In this document: positions 47,010 through 54,969 of the stretch, piece by piece
Numbering within the stretch: the stretch's first letter is position 1
How the letters are laid out: each line of letters begins with the position of its first letter
DNA from: Paracoccaceae bacterium
Lineage (GTDB): Bacteria; Pseudomonadota; Alphaproteobacteria; Rhodobacterales; Rhodobacteraceae
NCBI GenBank assembly: GCA_020447005.1
Contig: JAGRDO010000060.1
Location: 3,228-67,227 of the forward strand
Length of the DNA stretch: 64,000 nt
Reading direction: 5' to 3'
The notes under the pieces: generated by a model
Database searches by the model: none
What the model saw: the letters and a program-made list of their open reading frames with translations, nothing else
Told to the model about the DNA's origin: nothing
Translations under genes and position numbers: made by a program

Positions 47010-47015
47010 CCCCCC

Positions 47016-47942
47016 CTAGCCCGCCGCGCGTTTGCGCATGTCGAGGCCGGGGTTTGCAGAAAGAATATCGTCGCGCGCCTTCAGGGCAAAAAGATAGTTG
47101 TCCTGATCGATCAGCACCCGTGCGGCACCAAGCGTCAGCTTTGGATGACGGCTTTGCATCGCGGCGTCGATCAGGCTGCGCGCCCACTTGCGCACTGTCC
47201 GGCGGCTTCGCATCTGCTGCCAGAACCGGTGGCCCAATTGACCCGTTTCCGCGAAGTCGCGCAACGCGAGTTCGAGTGCCCCGGACTTGATCACCACACG
47301 CACGGCCTCATGCGTTGCATGGCCAAGGCGGACCATCTGTACTCCGCGACCAGCAAGGCGCGCGGCATGGGCCTTGTCCTCGGGCACGAAGGGATCAAAC
47401 AGGACAGCCGCGTTTTCAAGCTTTTGCACGGCCTCGGCGGCATCAAGAAATTCAGGCCTTTCCCAGTCACTGTTTCTTACCGCCCAGGGAAAGCGCCGCT
47501 CAAATGGCGCGATCTTCCGGCTCATCGTGGATTGCGGGGAAAAGGCAAGGACCGCCGCGCCGGGAACAATTGGCGCAAAGTTCAAAGCGGCAAAGCCACC
47601 CATCGATGCGCCGGTGAACACAACGCGCGAAAAGCCACGGAAAAAACCCCTTTCCGCGAGCGATGCTATAAGCCTTGGAGCGGTTTCCTGACGAAACCAG
47701 TCTTTGGCGTGGCTCTGAACGCCCAGAAGCGAATACCCAAGCCCCCGGGCCTGACGATGCAGCCATGGCAGTCGCGGATAGGGTTCATCGAGGGTTGCAA
47801 GATTGTCAAAGGCGACAAGAAGCACCTCGCCACGTGGTTCGTACCAAAGATAGGCCGTATCGGCGACAACGCGGAACGCGGCGTCCGGCCGGGCCGCGCC
47901 AAGTTCGCGAATAGGGGGCATGGCTTGCTCGATCTCGGCCAT
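47016..47942 (-). CDS. Alpha/beta-hydrolase-like protein with an intact GxSxG (island gene 12)
   Basis: VVFTGASMGGFAALNF is a nucleophile elbow G-A-S-M-G. It is a paralogue of 5828..6766. Confidence 0.5.
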   Translation of the reverse strand: MAEIEQAMPPIRELGAARPDAAFRVVADTAYLWYEPRGEVLLVAFDNLATLDEPYPRLPWLHRQARGLGYSLLGVQSHAKDWFRQETAPRLIASLAERGFFRGFSRVVFTGASMGGFAALNFAPIVPGAAVLAFSPQSTMSRKIAPFERRFPWAVRNSDWERPEFLDAAEAVQKLENAAVLFDPFVPEDKAHAARLAGRGVQMVRLGHATHEAVRVVIKSGALELALRDFAETGQLGHRFWQQMRSRRTVRKWARSLIDAAMQSRHPKLTLGAARVLIDQDNYLFALKARDDILSANPGLDMRKRAAG

Positions 47943-48054
47943 TCCTGTCGTCCTTTACTTCTGTTTGACACGAAGCCGCGCGTTGTTTCAACTGGCATGG
48001 CGCACCCGGATCGCCTATCGTCCGGGTGGACGAACGGAACCCGCGCCCAGGTCG

Positions 48055-49581
48055 ATGAACCCGAGAGCGCAGGACTGGGCAGAGAGAGGGCATCCATTGG
48101 CGCGAAAGTCGAAACTGGTCGCGGGCCATGGCGTCATCGTCAAGGCGGCGAACGGGGATGTGATAAGCTACGATCAGACCGGGCTTACAATGCGCCTGTC
48201 GGACCGCGTCATCGAGGATATTGCGCTTCGCCTGGGCACGTCGCGCGGCGAAACCGGATCGATGGGTGCAGAGGCAGGCAAATCTGCCAATGCGCGCGAG
48301 GTCGCCGACCTTCTTGACGGGATCGACGCCTGGGACCCGCAGATCGACGGTGACTGGCTGGTCTTTTCCGCCCGGCTTCCCGGCCGCCAGGGCGTGCGTC
48401 GCTATCGCAGACCCATCACGGGCGGTCAGGTGATCGCCGACACCCCGGGCCCGATCTACGGGCTGCTCGGCCTTGGCGGCCCGCGCGCCGCCCATGCCTT
48501 CGATGGCCGTCCCGACTTTCCGCAACATATCCTGGCGCCCGCCGACGATATCGGGGCGGTGGGACATGCCGGCGTCGAACGCGCGGCGATCAGCGCGGGG
48601 CTCGAACAGGTGCGGGAGATGACGCGCGAGGCCCTGGTTGCAAATGCACTTTTGAACTGGCGGCTGGATGAATATGACAGCCTGCCGCTGATCATGACGC
48701 GCGTAGAGACGGACAGTTCCGCGACCAGTGCCTCATTGAGCGACGGAATGGCGTTCGACAATATGATCGCTGCGGCAAAATGCCTGAAGATGGCCGCGCA
48801 AAGCCTTGGGAAAAAACCAAAACTGCTCGCGATCCTGTTGGACTTCGCGCTTGAGGAAATGTCGGGGTCGGCATCGGCATATCGCGACGGCATGCTGGCG
48901 CTTATGGCGCGGGCCGAAGATGAACTGGGCAAGCTTGGTTATGATCGGCCGCTTTTCGTGGCCCTGTTCGAAAGCGGAACGCCCGAGATCGCAACATCGG
49001 CCGCGATCGAAGGACAATGGGAACTGGCGTGGAACCATGGCGAACATCGGCTGGTCTTTGCGGCCCCCAGCTACATGTTCGCGCTCGACCCTTTCGACCG
49101 GCTGACCGAGGACGGCGCGCGTGACGCCGCCGAGATGGTCGCGCGGGCGGTGCTGGCAGAGGAAACCTGGCGCTGCCCGGTCCTGCATCTGGCCGAGCGA
49201 AGCGTCTTGGGGGGCGGCAAGACCATCCGGGTCGTCGCGCGCTCCATCGCGCCGCTGATCATCGATGCCGACGATCCGTTTGGCGCCGGGAAAAGCGCGG
49301 GCTTCACCCTTGTCGGTGCCGAAAACGGCGCGAAGATCAAGAAGGTGGAATGCGATTCCTCCGATCCGATGGCGATCCTTGTGCATTGTGACAAGCGCCC
49401 TGAAGGCACAAATCTGCGGCTGGGATACGCCCATGACCCTCAGGCGGGCAAATCCCCGGGGGCCAATGCCGGTTCGCTGCGCGATGACTGGCAGCTTCAA
49501 GGGCGCTCCGGGCGGATGTTGTATCGCTGGGCGTTGCCTGTCCTGTTGCCGATAACGGACGGGGGTGGCCGGGATGCTTGA
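48055..49581 (+). CDS. Hypothetical protein (island gene 13)
   Basis: About 508 aa. No motif identified with confidence. The start is at ATG 48055 (the track ORF begins at 47920, inside the divergent intergenic region). Confidence 0.4.
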   Translation: MNPRAQDWAERGHPLARKSKLVAGHGVIVKAANGDVISYDQTGLTMRLSDRVIEDIALRLGTSRGETGSMGAEAGKSANAREVADLLDGIDAWDPQIDGDWLVFSARLPGRQGVRRYRRPITGGQVIADTPGPIYGLLGLGGPRAAHAFDGRPDFPQHILAPADDIGAVGHAGVERAAISAGLEQVREMTREALVANALLNWRLDEYDSLPLIMTRVETDSSATSASLSDGMAFDNMIAAAKCLKMAAQSLGKKPKLLAILLDFALEEMSGSASAYRDGMLALMARAEDELGKLGYDRPLFVALFESGTPEIATSAAIEGQWELAWNHGEHRLVFAAPSYMFALDPFDRLTEDGARDAAEMVARAVLAEETWRCPVLHLAERSVLGGGKTIRVVARSIAPLIIDADDPFGAGKSAGFTLVGAENGAKIKKVECDSSDPMAILVHCDKRPEGTNLRLGYAHDPQAGKSPGANAGSLRDDWQLQGRSGRMLYRWALPVLLPITDGGGRDA

Positions 49582-50353
49582 GCTGCCCGACAGCCTTCCC
49601 CCAGGCGCGCTGACCGGTGCGTCGCCCGAGATCTTTGCCGGGGCGGCCGGTGCCTCGGACTGTCTTTGGTTCCACGGACGCAAGGATCAGTTCGAGGTGG
49701 AGGGCCAGATCGTCCGGGGCTGGCACGCGCTGACCGGATCGCGTGAAGCATTGCCGACGCAACCCAATGCCGGGAACGCGGTACTGGCGGAAAGCGAAGA
49801 TCGTTACGGGCTGCAGTGCCAGACGGGTCTTCATTGCGGGCTGTCGGTCGCCGGTGCGCTGCGAAGTGCGGCAAGATTTTCGATGTCGGTGATTTATCTG
49901 CCCCCGCCTGAAGCCGAGGCGCGGACGTTGCTTACCGTCAATACCGGCCATTCGGGCGGAAAGGATTCCGACGCGAACTATCTGTTCCTGTCCGATGGCG
50001 GCGATACCTATACGATCAAGGATACCAAGGAGGCGCTTGAACTCTCGGTGCCGGTCGCCGCCCGACCGGACGGACCGCGACTTGCCACCGTGACCATGAC
50101 CGGGGCTAACCTTGCGTTTCAGGAAAACCGTGGACCAATCGCCCGGATGACAGGCTCCGACCCGGGAATGGATGCCGCGGCCGAATTCTTCATCGCGGCG
50201 CGGAGCCACAGAAAAGGCTTGCAAAAGACATTGGGCGGCGGGGTGATCCTTGACGTCATGCTTTGGCCGAACCACACCCTTCTTCTGCCGCGCGGACCCG
50301 AGGATATCGCGCAGCTACAGGCGCTGCACCGATATTTCCTGTGGGAATACTGA
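49574..50353 (+). CDS. Hypothetical protein (island gene 14)
   Basis: The ATG at 49574 overlaps the upstream stop (ATGCTTGA). About 259 aa. No family recognised. Confidence 0.4.
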   Translation: MLELPDSLPPGALTGASPEIFAGAAGASDCLWFHGRKDQFEVEGQIVRGWHALTGSREALPTQPNAGNAVLAESEDRYGLQCQTGLHCGLSVAGALRSAARFSMSVIYLPPPEAEARTLLTVNTGHSGGKDSDANYLFLSDGGDTYTIKDTKEALELSVPVAARPDGPRLATVTMTGANLAFQENRGPIARMTGSDPGMDAAAEFFIAARSHRKGLQKTLGGGVILDVMLWPNHTLLLPRGPEDIAQLQALHRYFLWEY

Positions 50354-50356
50354 GCC

Positions 50357-52666
50357 TTGTCTTTCGCGCCAGATACGATCCGCGGCGGCAATATCTGCGT
50401 GATCTGGGTGGACGACATGATCGATGTCCACACGTGGCGCGATACGTTCGGCCTGCGGATTCAGACGCCCAACCTTGATCGATTCATGTCTCGCGGCGTC
50501 CGTTTCACCAATGCCTATGCGACGGTTCCGCTTTGCGCCCCTTGCCGGGCGGAACTGGCCACCGGCCTGTCGCCCTTCAAGTCGGGACTGGTCGATCTCA
50601 ATCGCTTCTGGCGCGATCTTTATCCGCCCGAGCGCGCCTGGGCCTATGATCTGCGCCGCGCGGGGTTTTACAACTTCACGACCGGAAAGGTGGACGCAAA
50701 TTACCGCCCGATGCCGGAAGAATACCGCCGTATGCTCTTTCATGAGGACGTACCGGCGGCCGACAGCTCTGACCGTACAAAAATCAAGGAATATCTGGGC
50801 CGTGGCCCCGGCATTCGCGGCATCAACCATCCGGATGACGATGGCAGCCAGGACGACCGGTTCTATGATAACCGCGTGGCGCAGAATGCGATCGACTTTC
50901 TGGAACGGGCCGATACGAAACGCCGCCACCTGATCCAGCTTGGTTTCAAGCATCCTCATTACAACCTCGACTGCCCGGACCGGTTCTACCAGCGTTACGA
51001 TCCAAGCCAGATCCGCTGGCCGGCCATCGCCGCGGAAGAGGACTACTATGGCCCCCAGCCCGGCTTTGCCGTCTATGAGGCTGCCTATATCGCCAATGGC
51101 CGCTGGACACCGGAAAAGTCCGGCGATGAGGCTTGGCGGCAGGTCGTGCGCGCCTATTTCGCCGCGATAAGCCATGTCGACCACGAAATCGGCCGGTTTC
51201 TCGACGCGCTGGAATCGTCGCCACTTGGCGCAAGCACGACGGTCATCTTTCTGTCCGACAATGGCTTCAACCTCGGCAATCACGACAGTTTTCACAAGAT
51301 GAGTCAGTGGGACAGCGCGGCTCATGTTCCGCTGGCGATCTGGCATCCGTCGATGAAGGAAGGGCGCGAAGTCGACCTTCCGATTTCTTTGCACAATGTT
51401 CCCAAGACCATCATGCAGCTTGCCGGTCTTCCCCCCCGGCCCGACTGGACATCCGGGCAATCGCTCCTGCCGCTTATCAACCCTGAATTCGGCCGCTACG
51501 ACGACACGAAATCGCCCGTTACCTGCGTTTTCGGAACGCTTTCGGTGCGACCCTCGGTCGAAGGATATCGCCAGTTCAGGTACTTCCGCTATCCGAACGG
51601 CGAGGAGCACGTCTATGACATTGTCGCCGATCCCGGCGAAACGACCAACCTGATAGAAACCGCTCCGATCGAGTTCCTGCGCAAGGAACTGGTCGATGGC
51701 GCATTGGGGCTTGGGCTTGATCTGCGCGGGTTCGAGAATCCGGCGTCGGGTGTCAATGCAATGATGGCCGTCGATGGAAGCGTCATTCTTGCGGGTGGCG
51801 GCGGCGACAACGATTATTGGGCCTATGGCGCGGATGCCGAAAAGATCCGGGAAGAAAAGGACGGAGGAACCGACACGCTTTGGTACATGGCCGGCCCGGA
51901 CGATTATGTTCTTCATTGCCCGCCCTATGTCGAAAAGATCCGCATCGCGACGGTCGTTGCGCGTCAGGAATCGGACGTGCAGCTCGGTAAAACGATCAAG
52001 ATCGTTGCCCATCCCGACAGCCCGATCGAGTTCGAGACATCCGAGCGGGTGACGGTAGAAGTTTCCGGCTCGGACGGCGACGATATCATGCGGGGGCCGA
52101 AATACGGCGGGGCGACGTTCCATGGCGGCGCAGGCAACGATCTGCTGGAAGCCACCGCGACGCTGCCGAACAGCCGGCATTTCTTTTACGGGGGGGCCGG
52201 GGACGACACACTCTCGGGCGGTCCGGGAAACGACGTGCTGGACGGCGGGACCGGCAATGACGTGATTTACGGCAGACGCGGCAACAACAGGATTTACGGC
52301 GGCCACGGTAACGATTTCATTCAGGACGGGGATGGCGCGTCTTTCATCGATACCGGGCCGGGCCGCAATACGGTTGTGCTTGGCGACGGCGACGATGAGG
52401 TTCTGGTCGGGACAGGGACAAATCACATCAGCCCCGGCACGGGCGCCGTCACGTTTCGCGTGGCCTATGGTGGGGTGACGGTTGTCAACCGCTGGTCGGC
52501 CGAACAGATCTATGATCTCAGCCAGTGGCCGGGACCACCTGTCATCAGCCGACGGGACGACCAGACTGTGCGCCTTCGGCTTGGCCTGTCCATCGTCGAT
52601 ATATACCAGGTCGGAGACGCCGGGGCGGTTGCATCGCAGATCGTACAGACCGGCCAAGAAAGCTGA
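50357..52666 (+). CDS. Cys-type sulfatase fused to C-terminal RTX (hemolysin-type Ca-binding) repeats (island gene 15)
   Basis: The N-terminus NICVIWVDD... is followed by the sulfatase signature PLCAPCRAELATGLSP (C-x-P-x-R at 50534-50548). FLSDNG and a HK-type block are also present. Near the C-terminus are GGAGNDLLEA, GGAGDDTLSGGPGNDVLDGGTGNDVIYG..GNNRIYGGHGNDFI (about 52105-52420). TTG start, 3 nt after the upstream stop. Confidence 0.8.
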   Translation: MSFAPDTIRGGNICVIWVDDMIDVHTWRDTFGLRIQTPNLDRFMSRGVRFTNAYATVPLCAPCRAELATGLSPFKSGLVDLNRFWRDLYPPERAWAYDLRRAGFYNFTTGKVDANYRPMPEEYRRMLFHEDVPAADSSDRTKIKEYLGRGPGIRGINHPDDDGSQDDRFYDNRVAQNAIDFLERADTKRRHLIQLGFKHPHYNLDCPDRFYQRYDPSQIRWPAIAAEEDYYGPQPGFAVYEAAYIANGRWTPEKSGDEAWRQVVRAYFAAISHVDHEIGRFLDALESSPLGASTTVIFLSDNGFNLGNHDSFHKMSQWDSAAHVPLAIWHPSMKEGREVDLPISLHNVPKTIMQLAGLPPRPDWTSGQSLLPLINPEFGRYDDTKSPVTCVFGTLSVRPSVEGYRQFRYFRYPNGEEHVYDIVADPGETTNLIETAPIEFLRKELVDGALGLGLDLRGFENPASGVNAMMAVDGSVILAGGGGDNDYWAYGADAEKIREEKDGGTDTLWYMAGPDDYVLHCPPYVEKIRIATVVARQESDVQLGKTIKIVAHPDSPIEFETSERVTVEVSGSDGDDIMRGPKYGGATFHGGAGNDLLEATATLPNSRHFFYGGAGDDTLSGGPGNDVLDGGTGNDVIYGRRGNNRIYGGHGNDFIQDGDGASFIDTGPGRNTVVLGDGDDEVLVGTGTNHISPGTGAVTFRVAYGGVTVVNRWSAEQIYDLSQWPGPPVISRRDDQTVRLRLGLSIVDIYQVGDAGAVASQIVQTGQES

Positions 52667-52749
52667 GGCTTTGCTTTCGGACGGCTTCAACCCTGTTATA
52701 GTCCGACCAACAAGAATGGCGCGAAAAGCGAATGTCAGCGGGTTAGCAG

Positions 52750-53754
52750 ATGGGCGACATGGGCAAGAGCGACGCAAGCGGCGTCAATGTATTCTTCATT
52801 GCCCAGGATGGGCGGCTGGCCTATGAGGCCATCATTTTCGCGGCGACGTTTCGCGCTGCCAATCCGGAGTTTTCCGGCAAGCTGATCGCGGGCGAACCGC
52901 AGCCTGGCCCGCTATGGCAGGGCGACCCGAGGCTTAAACCCGAGTTTCGCGAATTGCTTGTGCATTTCGGGGTGGAAATTCGGCCGTTTGAAAACGCGCA
53001 CTTTGGCCAGAAATACCCATATGGCAACAAAATAGAGGGGCTGTCCGCCCTTCCTGCTGGTGAGCCTTTTCACTTTTTCGACACGGACACCATTTTCACC
53101 GCACCGCTTTCGGACTTGAGCATTGACTATCGCCGCCCTTCGGCTTCGATGCGGCGCGAAGGTACTTGGCCACAGATCGAGCTTTACGGACCGGGCTATG
53201 GAGCGATCTGGAAGTCGCTATACGATCGGTTCGGGCTTGACTTCGAAACCACGCTCGATCTTGGCCAGCCGGATGAATACTGGGAGCGGTATCTCTACTT
53301 CAACGCCGGCTGGTTCTTCCATGAATGCCCGCGAAAGTTCGGTGAGCGCTTCCTCGAATTTGCCCTGACGATCCGGGACGACGCGCCAGAGACGCTGGTC
53401 TGCCAGGAGCTTGACCCATGGCTGGACCAGGTGGCCCTGCCCCTTGTCATTCACTCTTTCGGCGGCGGCAGGCCGGGAAAAGGGCTTGAAGGTCTCGATG
53501 GCGATGTCTCGTGCCATTACCGCACCCTGCCCCTGCTTTACGCGCGCGAATCCAATGCCGCCGTCACCGCACTTGAGACGGCGATCGCGCCGAACCCGAT
53601 CAAGAAGGTGCTGAAGACCTATGATCCGCTTCGAAAGCTCGTCTACCAGGAAAAAGGCCGGAAAATCCGCGAGATGTTTGATCGAAACGATCTGCCGAGG
53701 CGCGAGGCGATGATCCGCAACCGGATCAAGAAGGCGGGTCTGTGGATGAGGTAG
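52750..53754 (+). CDS. Nucleotide-diphospho-sugar transferase-like protein (island gene 16)
   Basis: Paralogue of the N-terminal half of 39519..41384 (YPYGNKIEGLSAL...FFDTDTIFT, WLDQVALPLVI). Confidence 0.5.
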   Translation: MGDMGKSDASGVNVFFIAQDGRLAYEAIIFAATFRAANPEFSGKLIAGEPQPGPLWQGDPRLKPEFRELLVHFGVEIRPFENAHFGQKYPYGNKIEGLSALPAGEPFHFFDTDTIFTAPLSDLSIDYRRPSASMRREGTWPQIELYGPGYGAIWKSLYDRFGLDFETTLDLGQPDEYWERYLYFNAGWFFHECPRKFGERFLEFALTIRDDAPETLVCQELDPWLDQVALPLVIHSFGGGRPGKGLEGLDGDVSCHYRTLPLLYARESNAAVTALETAIAPNPIKKVLKTYDPLRKLVYQEKGRKIREMFDRNDLPRREAMIRNRIKKAGLWMR

Positions 53755-53763
53755 GGGAAGGCC

Positions 53764-54720
53764 TCAGCCGACAAATCGGTCAAGCAGCGGGCTGACCACC
53801 CGGGTCACGATGGGTATCAGGACAAGCCCGAGGGCGAGCCCGAGGGCGCCATCGCAAAGCGCGGTCACCAGCCATTCGACAAAACCTTCAATACCCGTGG
53901 GAACCGCGCCGGCCGCCGCAACGGCCAGGTGATGGAAGAAGTCATAAAGCCAGGGTTGCCCAAGAACATCCAGCCCGTGCGAGATGATGGCACCGCCCAC
54001 CCAGAGCATTGCAGCGGTTCCGACGGTTGACAGGATGGACATGAGCTTTGGCATTCCTTTGACCAGCCCGGTTCCAATCGCGCGCCCGAAATCGGTCTTT
54101 GCCGTCGCCGCGACAAACAGGCCGATATCATCCATTTTCACGATCAACGCCACGGTCCCGTAAACCACGGCCGTGATGGCGACGGCAACGACGGCCAAGG
54201 CCGTCGCTTCCAACCAGATGGTGTTTTCCGGAATGGCGGCAAGGGTGATGGTCATGATTTCGGCGGACAGGACAAAGTCGGTCTTGATCGCGCCGCGCAC
54301 GCGCTTTTCCTCCAGATGCACCGGGTCGCCGACATCCAGATCGGCGTCCACCTCTTTGTCTTGGTGGGGGAAAAGATGATGGAACACCTTCTCCGCGCCT
54401 TCAAAGCACAGATAGGTCCCGCCCAGCATCAACAAGGGGGTGATCAGCCATGGCGCAAACGAACTCATCAACAGTGCGGCCGGAAGAAGGATCACCAGCT
54501 TGTTGAAAAGCGATCCCTTGGTGATCTTCCAGATGATTGGCAGTTCGCGGCGGGCATCGAAGCCGTGCACGTATTTCGGCGTTACCGCAGCATCGTCGAT
54601 GACAACCCCGGCCACCTTGCTTCCCGCTTTCGCGGCCATGCCGGCCACATCGTCAACGCTTGCCGCGGCCATCTTCGCGATCGCCGTAACATCGTCCAGA
54701 AGCGCCAACAACCCGCTCAT
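53764..54720 (-). CDS. DUF808 (YedI-like) membrane protein
   Basis: MSGLLALLDDVTAIAKMAAASVDDVA...AGVVIDDAAVTPKYV matches the YedI/DUF808 N-terminus. Several TM segments follow. Confidence 0.8.
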   Translation of the reverse strand: MSGLLALLDDVTAIAKMAAASVDDVAGMAAKAGSKVAGVVIDDAAVTPKYVHGFDARRELPIIWKITKGSLFNKLVILLPAALLMSSFAPWLITPLLMLGGTYLCFEGAEKVFHHLFPHQDKEVDADLDVGDPVHLEEKRVRGAIKTDFVLSAEIMTITLAAIPENTIWLEATALAVVAVAITAVVYGTVALIVKMDDIGLFVAATAKTDFGRAIGTGLVKGMPKLMSILSTVGTAAMLWVGGAIISHGLDVLGQPWLYDFFHHLAVAAAGAVPTGIEGFVEWLVTALCDGALGLALGLVLIPIVTRVVSPLLDRFVG

Positions 54721-54832
54721 ACCCGTCCCATCCACCAAACAAGATCAGCCTGACCCTAGCGTTTCGCCCGGCAGTGGCAAGGTTGCAAAGCAATTGCAGA
54801 CAGTCGAACCTTGCAAAAGCGATTGTCGATAG

Positions 54833-54866
54833 TGTTTTCGCTAACACGCCGCTGTTTTCGCTAACA
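54833..54866. promoter_or_regulatory. Two direct copies of the 14-bp near-palindrome TGTTTTCGCTAACA upstream of the first GAPDH gene
   Basis: Identical 14-mers at 54833-54846 and 54853-54866, 20 bp centre to centre. The second copy ends 104 bp before the ATG at 54970. Confidence 0.45.
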
Positions 54867-54969
54867 TGTTGAATTCCCGGGTTTATCAAGCTTTTTCAAT
54901 TTGCTATCGGGAGAGAGTTGGTCCTGCGGCAATAGCCATGCCGGGATTGCCGCTATGGGAGAGTGGGAA

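Noticed and set aside
50315-52777. An 820-aa uninterrupted ORF on the minus strand, the longest ORF in the window.
   Set aside because: It is exactly antisense to the RTX-sulfatase. The plus frame contains specific family motifs (CxPxR, DNG, multiple GGxGxD nonapeptides). The minus-frame translation is Arg/Ala/Gly/Pro-rich with no motif, which is the usual stop-poor antisense frame of a high-GC gene.
34496-53754. The GT/MT island was considered as a mobile genomic island or prophage remnant.
   Set aside because: There is no integrase, transposase, tRNA, direct-repeat border or phage gene at either edge. The flanking genes are ordinary metabolic or membrane genes. I could not compute composition shifts.
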